This document shows positions 38,559 through 47,651 of a stretch of 64,000 nt of DNA, in pieces; the stretch's first letter is position 1, and each line of letters opens with the position of its first letter. The position numbers were made by a program, and so were the translations under genes. The DNA lies in IMG/VR virus record IMGVR_UViG_3300009177_000028, positions 62,001 through 126,000 of that record, one strand, 5' to 3'. The notes under the pieces were generated by a model that saw nothing but the letters and a program-made list of their open reading frames with translations, had not been told where the DNA came from and did not search any database.

Positions 38559-39212
38559 ATGTCATTTCAAGATTTAGTAACAGCAGCTCAAAAATACTTC
38601 CCGGACTTACAAATTAAATATAAAGACCAATCATGGTTTATGAAATTAGTTGGAACTTTATTGTTCTTTAACAAAGCTTTCATGACCAACTATACAACTA
38701 CTATTGGGTCTCAAGTATATTTCCCAACTGAATCATTTGTTAAAACAAGACCCGTTTCGGCTGCTGTGATTCTACTTCATGAATTAGTTCATATTAAAGA
38801 TGCCCACAAGATTAGTAAACCACTCTTTGGTGCTCTTTATTTATCTCCACAAATATTCGCTCTTTTGTGCTTGCCCCTCTTTCTAGTTAGTTGGAAGATT
38901 GCTTTGCCATTGGTTCTGCTTTTTGCTTCTCCCATTCCATCTTATTTTAGAATGTATTTTGAGAAAAGAGCATATCTTACTTCCCTATATTCCATTTATA
39001 GATTAAGTAAAAAATTAAACTTCAAACCATTACTAGCCTCTCAAGAGAAAGATTTCCTAAGTCAATTTAAGGGTTCTTTCTACTATTTCATGTGGCCCTT
39101 CGGCAACCTTCAAAAAGAATTTGATGATGCTGTAGCCAAGATTCAAGCTGATCAGAGACCTTTTGAGGACCCAGTCTTCGATATTATTGATGATTTGATT
39201 ACTCAGGTATAA
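38559..39212 (+). CDS. Putative membrane-associated zinc metallopeptidase (HExxH)
   Basis: VILLHELVHIKD, a hydrophobic hairpin, then YFEKRAY (candidate third ligand Glu). GGAGG RBS. Confidence 0.6.
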   Translation: MSFQDLVTAAQKYFPDLQIKYKDQSWFMKLVGTLLFFNKAFMTNYTTTIGSQVYFPTESFVKTRPVSAAVILLHELVHIKDAHKISKPLFGALYLSPQIFALLCLPLFLVSWKIALPLVLLFASPIPSYFRMYFEKRAYLTSLYSIYRLSKKLNFKPLLASQEKDFLSQFKGSFYYFMWPFGNLQKEFDDAVAKIQADQRPFEDPVFDIIDDLITQV

Positions 39213-39268
39213 AGTATTATTTTCAGGCTGATATAATATCCGTTACAGTTAACTGGCTAGGATATTGC

Positions 39269-40480
39269 ATGAGTAATTTTGACGTTGGTATTATTGGAGC
39301 AGGTGTGGCTGGCGCGTTCGCCACCATGAAGATGGCAAAAGATCATAAGAATGTTAAAACTATTCTTTTTGATTTAGGCCGTCCACCTATGAAACGTAGA
39401 AGGCAACTAGAAGGCTGGTTAGGTTGTTTACCTAATAGTGACGGCAAGTTGTATCTTAGTGATATGGATAAAGTTTCTGATCTTGTGGGCACTCGTAAAG
39501 CGAAGGCGGCCCACAATTGGTTTAATAAAGCTTTATCTAATGTCGGTACCTTTAAGACCACCAAGGATCGTTCGCCATCTGTTGCGGCTGAAAAGCGTCT
39601 AAAAAAGATAGGCTATGATGTATCTTTAAATGATTATGTCCAAATCTACCCTAAGGATATCCATGCCCTCTCTAAATACATGTCCGAGTTTATTGAGGAA
39701 TATAAGAACATAACCTACAGTTTTGACAACGAAGTTAAAAAGATCTACAAACAAAAGAATTTGTTTGTTATTGTCACCGAAGGTCAAGAATACCGTTGCA
39801 AAAAACTTATCATTGCCGTTGGCCGTAGTGGCTGGCGATGGGCCAAAGAGCTTTATAGTAGCTTTGGAATCGTAGACAATAACGATATTGCTAAGTTTGG
39901 TATTAGAATTGAAATAAACGCTTCAGTAATGAAGGACTTTAACAAATCTAATTGCACATTGATAAAGGGCGAAGAAGTTGAGGCGGGCCCGTTCTCTTGG
40001 TATGGTACAGTTATTCCAGAAGATCATCTGGATTTAGCTATTTCTGCTTTCCGTTCTAATGAAAATAGATGGAAGAGTGATAAGGTATCTTTCTCGCTTA
40101 TTGGTAGTAGACCATTTGCTGAAAATGGTTTTGAACAAACAGATAGAATTGGTAAATTAACTTTTGTTCTATCTAATGATAGAATCATTAAGGAAAGAGT
40201 CTCTCATATTTTGACGGGTAAGAGTAAGATATCTATTATCCCTGAGTATGATTGGTTGAAGGGAACCATTTCTGAATTAGCTACAGCTATTCCCGAGATC
40301 CTTACTAAGGGGTACTACCATGTTCCTACCATCACTCCAATGGCACCTAAGATAAACATCGGCTCTAATTTAGAAACTGAAATCGAAGGAATGTTTGTAG
40401 TTGGTGAAAGTGCAGGAATTCACGGTATATTATCAGCAGCTACAATGGGAATCATCGCAGCCGATAATGTATGTAAATGA
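39269..40480 (+). CDS. FAD-dependent oxidoreductase (COG2509/HI0933-like)
   Basis: GIIGAGVAG dinucleotide fold, NSDGKL, IIAVGRSG, C-terminal GMFVVGESAGIHGILSAATMGIIAA. Confidence 0.78.
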   Translation: MSNFDVGIIGAGVAGAFATMKMAKDHKNVKTILFDLGRPPMKRRRQLEGWLGCLPNSDGKLYLSDMDKVSDLVGTRKAKAAHNWFNKALSNVGTFKTTKDRSPSVAAEKRLKKIGYDVSLNDYVQIYPKDIHALSKYMSEFIEEYKNITYSFDNEVKKIYKQKNLFVIVTEGQEYRCKKLIIAVGRSGWRWAKELYSSFGIVDNNDIAKFGIRIEINASVMKDFNKSNCTLIKGEEVEAGPFSWYGTVIPEDHLDLAISAFRSNENRWKSDKVSFSLIGSRPFAENGFEQTDRIGKLTFVLSNDRIIKERVSHILTGKSKISIIPEYDWLKGTISELATAIPEILTKGYYHVPTITPMAPKINIGSNLETEIEGMFVVGESAGIHGILSAATMGIIAADNVCK

Positions 40481-40487
40481 GAATAAC

Positions 40488-40901
40488 ATGTCCAATCCAA
40501 AACCACCCACAGAGACTAGTACAGTTACCCCAGTAACAGAAGAATTCAAGGATCAGAATCAAAAATACAATCTTAGTAAATTTGAATTTGATTTATATCA
40601 TGAAGAGTATGATGTTGCTGAGAAAGTAATTAGAGTTAAAAGAGTTTCGATGCCTAACAAAGGTGAAAAGTGGAAAGTGATGACTGATAATAAAGTTATT
40701 TTTGTTATCGAGGGTACCAAGGTCTCCAAGAAAGAAAGAGAATTTCTTGAAACTGTGGAAGGCTTTAATTTTATTTTAGCTCAGGCCAAAGTTGGGATAA
40801 AATCATTAAATAGCTTTCGAGTAGAACTTAAAAAATTTATCGACAAAAAAGCAGCAGATAGCAAGCCGCCAACCAAGAAGCCCAAAAGATCTAAAAAATA
40901 A
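40488..40901 (+). CDS. Hypothetical protein with basic tail
   Basis: The ATG at 40488 avoids overlap with the flavoprotein gene; Lys-rich C-terminus. Confidence 0.6.
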   Translation: MSNPKPPTETSTVTPVTEEFKDQNQKYNLSKFEFDLYHEEYDVAEKVIRVKRVSMPNKGEKWKVMTDNKVIFVIEGTKVSKKEREFLETVEGFNFILAQAKVGIKSLNSFRVELKKFIDKKAADSKPPTKKPKRSKK

Positions 40902-40907
40902 CCCGAC

Positions 40908-40935
40908 TTGACATTACTCTTTGAGTGACTATCTT
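40908..40935 (+). promoter_or_regulatory. Sigma-70-like promoter (TTGACA-16 nt-TATCTT)
   Basis: Intergenic. Same 16-nt spacing as the promoter at 8716, followed by a GAGGT RBS and the ATG at 40965. Confidence 0.55.
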
Positions 40936-40964
40936 GAGCGAACGACAACCACTCAGAGGTATTT

Positions 40965-41564
40965 ATGGATTACGTAATTTATGTAGCGGACGTTGAAACG
41001 ACTGGTTTGGATAACCGAATCAATGACGTGATTGAATTGTCTTTGCATCGCATGACAGATGATGTGCAAAAGACCTGGTGTATCAAACCATTCAACCCTG
41101 ATGCTATCGATCCTGATTCCTTGCGTATCAATGGCCATAAACGAGAAGACCTCTTACACCAGACCAAAGAAGGTCGTGAAAGATACCTCGATCCAGTAAA
41201 GCTCATTGTAGAGATTGAAAATTGGACCATGGAAGATGGGGCTCCAACAGCTAATAGAATTTTGGCTGGCCAGAACGTTGGGTTCGATGTTGGCTTCCTA
41301 GAACAAATGTGGATCAAAGCTAAGGCGAGAGACTCTTTTCCTTTTAGCGTCAAGCGTCAGCTAGATACCATGCAGATTGAGTTCTTTATGGATTTGTGCC
41401 GAGGGAAGTTTGCAGAAGGCTACAGTCTGAATAACTTAAGCAAAAAGTATGGCCTTAAGAACGAAAAAGCCCATACAGCAGCGGCTGACGTGAAGGTTAC
41501 CAAAGACGTTCTTTTGAAGCAAATTGATGTATTTAAGAAAGCGCTTGATTTAATTAAAGAATGA
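40965..41564 (+). CDS. DEDDh 3'-5' exonuclease (DnaQ-like)
   Basis: ExoI VADVETTG, ExoII GQNVGFD, ExoIII AHTAAAD. Confidence 0.9.
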   Translation: MDYVIYVADVETTGLDNRINDVIELSLHRMTDDVQKTWCIKPFNPDAIDPDSLRINGHKREDLLHQTKEGRERYLDPVKLIVEIENWTMEDGAPTANRILAGQNVGFDVGFLEQMWIKAKARDSFPFSVKRQLDTMQIEFFMDLCRGKFAEGYSLNNLSKKYGLKNEKAHTAAADVKVTKDVLLKQIDVFKKALDLIKE

Positions 41565-42541
41565 AGATCCTGTATGCAGCATCTGAGAATGAGAATGCTA
41601 AAATACAGCTTTCTCGATTCATGAAAGCAATAGAGGGGAAGCCCTATGTTGTTAAGGTGGCTGCTTACCAAAAATCTAGTCCACTAATTAATATTGATTG
41701 GACTTTGGATTGTCTTAAAAACATTTTCAAACCAGATTTACTATCATTAGATAATGATAATTTTGTCACCTATTTTGAGCAGGTTAAATACTTTAATCCT
41801 GATCTTATAATTAGTGATATGGAGTATTATACTTCACACATTGCTAATGTATTAGGTACGACTCTTTGGCAATGTAGTTCTTCAATTATCAATTTTGCAT
41901 TAACCTATCAGTATAAATATGACCTAGGTATTTTTAAGAGATATGCGTACCTTTTTAACAAAAATTCGCAACATATCCAGAGACTCATTAATGTCATGGA
42001 TAATTCAAATTGCAATCTATTGTATAGTCATTTCGGAGATTGTCAGAATCCTCCAGAAATTAAGCCCGAGTTTGAGTGGGTGCGCCCCTATCATCAGGTA
42101 GGTAAGACATCGATCCCTTGCCAGCATAATGTAGTCGCTGGAATGCTCAAGGGAAATAAAAACATTCTAACGCTATTAAAACAATATCCGGACTCGGTCA
42201 GTTTCATGGAATTCTTGGGTGAAACATATCCTAATCCTATAGTGAAGGATATAAGGAACGAGGCAGAGTACTTCTGTAATCTTAGAAATTCTAATCTATT
42301 CGTTTGTGAGGGACAGACTAGTTTCCTGGCAGACGCTTTTTATAATAACAAGCACACCGCAGTGTTCATCAACCATGACGATCCGGAGTGTGTGTTAAAT
42401 AGTGTTATTTCAGAAAAGCTTAATTTGAGTACATCTATATTTCAATCTTTTGAGGATCTTAATCCGCTAATGAAATTAAATGTACCCACTGTTATAAACG
42501 AGAAGGTTAAATTTTTACATGAGAGAATTGAGGATCTATGA
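41561..42541 (+). CDS. Divergent GT-B glycosyltransferase-like protein (MJ1255-like)
   Basis: MKILYAAS, PDLIISDMEYYTSHIANVLG, LFVCEGQTSFLADAFYNNK align with MJ1255/GT28-type motifs. Confidence 0.55.
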   Translation: MKILYAASENENAKIQLSRFMKAIEGKPYVVKVAAYQKSSPLINIDWTLDCLKNIFKPDLLSLDNDNFVTYFEQVKYFNPDLIISDMEYYTSHIANVLGTTLWQCSSSIINFALTYQYKYDLGIFKRYAYLFNKNSQHIQRLINVMDNSNCNLLYSHFGDCQNPPEIKPEFEWVRPYHQVGKTSIPCQHNVVAGMLKGNKNILTLLKQYPDSVSFMEFLGETYPNPIVKDIRNEAEYFCNLRNSNLFVCEGQTSFLADAFYNNKHTAVFINHDDPECVLNSVISEKLNLSTSIFQSFEDLNPLMKLNVPTVINEKVKFLHERIEDL

Positions 42542-43158
42542 ATCAGAAATATATATGTTTAGACATTGGTAACGTGTTGTGTAATGTTGCCACTGCCCCA
42601 TTTTTAGAGACTCTCTCCGAGACCTTCAACGTTACCATTCCCGAAGCTCACCGTTTTTTGAAGAGATTCCAACAAATTCACGACCTTGGCTACACCACCA
42701 TGGAAGATGAATTAAAAGACAAGTTTGGGGCCAAATCGCCGGGCATCATTAAAAAACTAGTCGAAGCATGGAACGCTTCGGTTACGCCATGCATGCCAAT
42801 GATTGATAGACTCAACCATCTTAGAGAAAAACAAGGGTTGCAGGTAGCTCTCCTGTCTAATATAGGCGTGGAACACGCTGCTATGATGGAAGATAAGTTA
42901 AAACATGGTGGGTTCTTCCCAGGGGCCGTCAAGCACTTTAGCTGCTTCGTAGGGGCCCGCAAGCCATCTATGGTCTATTACCAAAGCTTCTTGTTTCAGT
43001 ATCCTGAATTTAAGGGCTGTCTATATGTGGATGATCTTCAAGAGAACCTAAATGCCTCAAAACAATTTGGATTTAAAACCTTTTGGTTATCCCTAGAGGA
43101 GCCTGATATCGAGCAGAAAATCCAAGAGTTAGAGGTAGAAATTGTCATGAGATCCTAA
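42538..43158 (+). CDS. HAD-superfamily phosphatase (YihX-like)
   Basis: Motif I LDIGNVL, II LLSN, III RKP, IV YVDD...N. Confidence 0.85.
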   Translation: MNQKYICLDIGNVLCNVATAPFLETLSETFNVTIPEAHRFLKRFQQIHDLGYTTMEDELKDKFGAKSPGIIKKLVEAWNASVTPCMPMIDRLNHLREKQGLQVALLSNIGVEHAAMMEDKLKHGGFFPGAVKHFSCFVGARKPSMVYYQSFLFQYPEFKGCLYVDDLQENLNASKQFGFKTFWLSLEEPDIEQKIQELEVEIVMRS

Positions 43159-43213
43159 ACCTAGGATACAGTTGATATATTGATTACGTAGAGCCAGATA
43201 TAAAGGATATAAT

Positions 43214-43687
43214 ATGACTAACAGATTTCAACCTCAAGGCAAAACCAAGCTCATCAAGGGAAGTATTCTAGCTCCAGAAAATGCTGGACTTCGCTTTGTT
43301 CTTAGCGTGAACAATCTAGCTGGCAAGCCTGACAACAACCCACTTTATCCAGTTTTTGAGAAGAAGTGGAAGAAGGTTAGAGAAGAGGCAAGAGGCTGGT
43401 ATGCAACCAAGACTGGCGCCTATAAGCTTGGAGCAATTAATGAAACGGCCGTTCAGAGCGACACTTGGGTCATTCATATGCTTTGCCAAGATGAGTCTCA
43501 ACAGACTGATGTTGCCGGACTAGAAAAGTGCCTTAAAGAAGTCTGTAAGAAGGCTAAGTACGAGCACGCTACTGTCCATGTATCTACTTTGTTAACTAAT
43601 GCGGTTCCAGAGATTACTGACCTGTTGAAGACCCAGCTAGTTGAAGAGGGTGTGAGCGTTTACTTTTACGACGAACCTGGCACTTAA
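43214..43687 (+). CDS. Degenerate macrodomain-like protein (Poa1p/DarG-like fold)
   Basis: KLIKGSIL, YKLGAI, WVIHMLCQ, LEKCLKEV, TVHV...VSVYFY follow the macro-fold pattern, but the GCG phosphate loop is missing. Confidence 0.55.
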   Translation: MTNRFQPQGKTKLIKGSILAPENAGLRFVLSVNNLAGKPDNNPLYPVFEKKWKKVREEARGWYATKTGAYKLGAINETAVQSDTWVIHMLCQDESQQTDVAGLEKCLKEVCKKAKYEHATVHVSTLLTNAVPEITDLLKTQLVEEGVSVYFYDEPGT

Positions 43688-43701
43688 TTTTCAATAATTG
43701 C

Positions 43702-43718
43702 TAACAATAATTTAGCAT
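43702..43718 (+). promoter_or_regulatory. Candidate phage late promoter (variant)
   Basis: TAACAA-TAATTT-AGCAT, 7 nt before the ATG at 43725. Confidence 0.35.
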
Positions 43719-43724
43719 TCTTGA

Positions 43725-44111
43725 ATGACGCAACTCAAACCGGGCGATCGTGTGAATTGTCGCGTAAAGCAGAATACTATTGTAAGCCCGTATAAAGAGT
43801 GTGACAGTATTACTACTTTTGAGATTGTGTCTACTGATAAATACGGCTATTATTTATATGTACCTCCATATATTATGTTGAAGGGAACTGTTAAAGCTGA
43901 TAGATATCAATGTAAACGGCTGGAAATTAATAAGAAGTTTCTAGACTGTGATATTATTTTTATTCAATCTAGTATGATCTGTAAGGTTCACTCTATTTTA
44001 GATGGAATGAGCTGTCCTAAATGCCATGAGTTTTATGAGATGGCGTCCCCTAATCAAGATGACGGGACTTTTATTTGCTGGTCCTGCCGTAATTATCCGC
44101 CATATCGTTAA
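43725..44111 (+). CDS. Hypothetical protein with C-terminal CxxC...CxxC zinc finger
   Basis: SH3/KOW-like start LKPGDRV; CPKC...CWSC. Confidence 0.6.
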   Translation: MTQLKPGDRVNCRVKQNTIVSPYKECDSITTFEIVSTDKYGYYLYVPPYIMLKGTVKADRYQCKRLEINKKFLDCDIIFIQSSMICKVHSILDGMSCPKCHEFYEMASPNQDDGTFICWSCRNYPPYR

Positions 44112-44125
44112 TTAGGTATAGTACT

Positions 44126-44890
44126 ATGGCAATCTACGGTGAAGATACAGATATTGAGAAGCTTCTTAGCGGAGTTAAAAGCCTTTTCCAGCAGAAAAGT
44201 CCTGCTACCCAATCGGCTAAACCAAGCTCGCCCGCAGCCAATCCTGCACCTAGCGGGCCTGTCACCCCTGGTGCTTTTCAATGCCCAATTAAGGGTACCT
44301 GGCACAACTTAGGCGGGTTTGATCCTGGTATGGTTAGATATGATGGTCGTGTAGGCCATAAGGGCGTAGACATGAGCGCGCCCGCTGGAACCCCTATCTA
44401 TTCTTTTGGCCCTGGGGTTGTTACTACTGTTGGTACTGACGGTAGAGGTGGTAATATTGCTGTTATCAACCATGGAAACAACGTTACCACTTACTATGCT
44501 CATATGGCATCAGTCAAAGTTTTCAAGGGCGATAAAGTGGATACAGATACCATGATTGGTACTGTTGGAAATACTGGAAATGCCGGCAATCCAAATGACC
44601 CACTTAAGACGCAAGAGGGTGGAAGAACCTGGCCCCATCTTCATTTCGAAGTAAAAGAGCACGGCACTCAGGTGGATCCGGCCCGCTTCTTTAGCGTTCC
44701 TAAATATGATCCAGCTTTCGCAAAAAATCCAGGCAAGTATCAAAAATTCTGGTTATCAGATGACGCCAAACAAGAAGCTCAGTCTTTTAGTATGAAAGAT
44801 CATGTTCAACAAAAGTGTGTAGCTTTCAGTGCAAAGGTTGATGCTCTTTTGAAATACACTTATCAATTTACTAAATTAGTATCTAAATAA
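44126..44890 (+). CDS. M23-family metallopeptidase (peptidoglycan hydrolase)
   Basis: HKGVD (HxxxD), GTPIYS, YYAHM, GTVGNTG, HLHFEV (HxH). Confidence 0.92.
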   Translation: MAIYGEDTDIEKLLSGVKSLFQQKSPATQSAKPSSPAANPAPSGPVTPGAFQCPIKGTWHNLGGFDPGMVRYDGRVGHKGVDMSAPAGTPIYSFGPGVVTTVGTDGRGGNIAVINHGNNVTTYYAHMASVKVFKGDKVDTDTMIGTVGNTGNAGNPNDPLKTQEGGRTWPHLHFEVKEHGTQVDPARFFSVPKYDPAFAKNPGKYQKFWLSDDAKQEAQSFSMKDHVQQKCVAFSAKVDALLKYTYQFTKLVSK

Positions 44891-45214
44891 TTATCGATCT
44901 ATCCAGCTTGCAACTAGTGTAATATTCTCTAAGCTATGTCCACTGGGAGGATCAAACAATGGTGCACCCATCGAGTGCCAGACCTCATATCGTTGAGTGC
45001 TTGTATTATAGCCTTGCATTTTATAATAATAATTAAACCCAGTTGTAATATGTATAGTTGTATTTAGGTCTGCTACTGAAGTAAACGGTATGCTGTCATT
45101 GGCTACAAGAAAATCAGTTACATCTTGCTCGCCCCATGAACTGCTGGCCTGGCCAGTATAACCTGCAAAGTGTATTGAGTTAAGTATTGTAGTTTGATCG
45201 GTTATTGTAGACAT
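44891..45214 (-). CDS. Small virion-type protein, class C (YYKxxGY motif)
   Basis: YYYKMQGYNTSTQRYEVW...SLENITLVASW is paralogous to the C-terminus of 48948-49517. Confidence 0.7.
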   Translation of the reverse strand: MSTITDQTTILNSIHFAGYTGQASSSWGEQDVTDFLVANDSIPFTSVADLNTTIHITTGFNYYYKMQGYNTSTQRYEVWHSMGAPLFDPPSGHSLENITLVASWIDR

Positions 45215-45221
45215 TATAGCC

Positions 45222-47651
45222 TTATGGTGTTAGACCGCTAGCGCCGTTCCACTGCAAATATATTCCGTTTTGTAAATGGATAAAACGTGGACAACCATTA
45301 TCTATTCCAGTAGTAACGGCACCACCGGTTGACATAACGCCGGTACCGCTTGTACATCCTGTAAATTGGGTTGCATTAGTGCCAGTATAGTTTACTAAAG
45401 AAACTCCGGTACTGGTAGTTACATAAATAGAACCGCTAGTAGGAAAGCCCGTAGTAGAAACAACGTTGATCGTTGCTTGCGGAAGTGTTGCTCCGTTAGA
45501 ACCAGATGCAATTGTTGTTGCTCCAACAAAAACTCCATTGCCCGTAGAGCCATTTAAAGTGAAAGTGGTGCTATTAATGACAGTAATAACCCAGGTTCCA
45601 TTAGCGGCGGTATTACCTAGTACCCCAGAAATAGTTACTACCTGACCAGTAACTAAAGCATTAGCTACGCCGGTAGTTATTTGAATGGGAGAAGCATTGG
45701 TTGCAGCGGTAATGGTACGTGTAGTAACTTCTTCTGTGCTTAAAGTAAAGGTACCAAAATTAGTTCTACCATTTCTTGTAATAGGAGCGAGGCCCATGAA
45801 TCTTTGATTATATGCAAATGGTGGATTAGAACCGGCTGTTAATGCAATTTCTGTAGCGATCCCTCCCCATATTTCTACCGGTAATATTTCGGTTGTTCCA
45901 GTAAATGGAGAATCTCCAGCATTAGCAGATAATAATGGATTAGTCGCTGAAGTTCCATCTAAATTAGCCCAACTACTTAAAGCACAAAAATCTGGTATTC
46001 CATTTTTAAAGGTAAACCCTACATTATTTGTTACTCCAGTTCTTAATATAATTGCGCCGAAATCGGTGTTTGGGGCGCCTGCGTAGCAGAATAATCTCTC
46101 TACATTTAAAGTTGGTAGTGGTGTTGGTTCACTATCTGGAAGTCCAAACATAATAAATCCATTATTAGTGCCGCCTAATGTTCTGGTGTATACGACAACA
46201 TACTGTCCAGACGATTCTGCTGCCATCGTAATACGACTGGCAGTAGTAGGGTGACCTCCACCTGTAATTAGGTTGCCGTAAGCGGTAGTTACTAAAGGAT
46301 CAATATCAAAAAACAAAGCTACATGATTGTGCGACCCACCGACTATAAAATCTCCATAACCATCAGCATTAAATCCTGTTGTAATAGAAACTAGTGGTAA
46401 AGATGAAATTGTTGGTTCAACAGCTAATCTAACTTGCCAGCCAATTGAGTGTGGACTTTGAAGAGTAATCCTGCTAACCTGAGTGACGCTGTCACCTGGA
46501 TACCCAGAAATTCTAACGCTACCGCCACCACCATATGTACCATTTCCGGTAGACCCGTTTAGTGCAAACGTGCTAGCAGTAAGTGGAGTCACGGTCCAAA
46601 CACCATTAGCTGCTGTGTTGCCAGTAATTCCAGAAATGACAACTTTTTGACCAACAGAGTAAGATGGATTTGGAGTAATTACAATTGGGCTAGCATTAGT
46701 TGCACCAGTAATTGTAAAAGAGTTATTCACAAAAGTTGACATAAAATTGGAGGCGGTTGTTTCAATTTCATACAACCACCAATTAATTGAATTGATAGTT
46801 TCAACTGGAGGGTTTTCGGTTGATCGGTAATCAAGAACATATCTATTTAGATTGCTAACTGCTCCACCTGTGGACATAGTTCCAGACCCGCCAGAGCACC
46901 CTGTAAATTGAGTAGCGTTAGTATTAGTGTAAGTAACTGCAAATGAGCCGGTGCTAGTTGTTACGAAGATAGTTCCACTGGTTGGGAAACCAGTAGTAGA
47001 TACTACGTTGATGGTAGATTGTGGCAAAGATTGACCGTTAGATCCTGAAGCGATAGTAGTGTTATTACCAACGTTAATAGCTGTAATTTTAAAGCAACCA
47101 GAATTTTTTGTTGGAAATGAAGTACTTTTCATCACAAACATTTTGCCAACGTCACCTGCAACAACTTTTCTTTTCTGTATTGGAATAGAAACTTCTTTTT
47201 CTACACCCGCTCCAAAATTGATACCAGTACCATATCCATCTGTAGTTAATCCAGATGTATAGAACATTCCTGTGCTTACCGTACCGCCAGTAGTAAAAGC
47301 TCCATTGCCAGCAGATCCTGATAGTGTGAATGTGTTGGCGCCAGTTACGTCAATTACCCAAGTTCCGTTTGCGGCTGTATTTCCGCCTACGCTTGCAAGA
47401 AAAACTGACTGCCTATTAGCTAAACCATGGGCCGTAGAGGTTGTAATTTGAATTGGCGTAGTATTACTAGCGGCAGTAACGGTTAAAGAATTTGCTACTG
47501 TATCTAGATTCCATCCCATGCTACCTACGATGGAATACCCTAGGACCCTGTACAAAAAGATAGACAATTCATACAAGAGTGGCGTATGGAATTTGCTGGT
47601 AGCATATCCGGTATTCGCTGCATTGTAATCTCTTGAAACAAATATTGTCAT
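45222..47651 (-). CDS. Virion-type scaffold protein class B3 with five plug-in modules
   Basis: B scaffold (RDY, SIFL.RVL, DVGK..V.KS...NSG.F, VLDYR, RITLQSPHS.GWQVR, GDSPFT..TE.LP, GRTNFG, HLQNGIY..W.G) with 3 module Y and 2 module X. Confidence 0.72.
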   Translation of the reverse strand: MTIFVSRDYNAANTGYATSKFHTPLLYELSIFLYRVLGYSIVGSMGWNLDTVANSLTVTAASNTTPIQITTSTAHGLANRQSVFLASVGGNTAANGTWVIDVTGANTFTLSGSAGNGAFTTGGTVSTGMFYTSGLTTDGYGTGINFGAGVEKEVSIPIQKRKVVAGDVGKMFVMKSTSFPTKNSGCFKITAINVGNNTTIASGSNGQSLPQSTINVVSTTGFPTSGTIFVTTSTGSFAVTYTNTNATQFTGCSGGSGTMSTGGAVSNLNRYVLDYRSTENPPVETINSINWWLYEIETTASNFMSTFVNNSFTITGATNASPIVITPNPSYSVGQKVVISGITGNTAANGVWTVTPLTASTFALNGSTGNGTYGGGGSVRISGYPGDSVTQVSRITLQSPHSIGWQVRLAVEPTISSLPLVSITTGFNADGYGDFIVGGSHNHVALFFDIDPLVTTAYGNLITGGGHPTTASRITMAAESSGQYVVVYTRTLGGTNNGFIMFGLPDSEPTPLPTLNVERLFCYAGAPNTDFGAIILRTGVTNNVGFTFKNGIPDFCALSSWANLDGTSATNPLLSANAGDSPFTGTTEILPVEIWGGIATEIALTAGSNPPFAYNQRFMGLAPITRNGRTNFGTFTLSTEEVTTRTITAATNASPIQITTGVANALVTGQVVTISGVLGNTAANGTWVITVINSTTFTLNGSTGNGVFVGATTIASGSNGATLPQATINVVSTTGFPTSGSIYVTTSTGVSLVNYTGTNATQFTGCTSGTGVMSTGGAVTTGIDNGCPRFIHLQNGIYLQWNGASGLTP

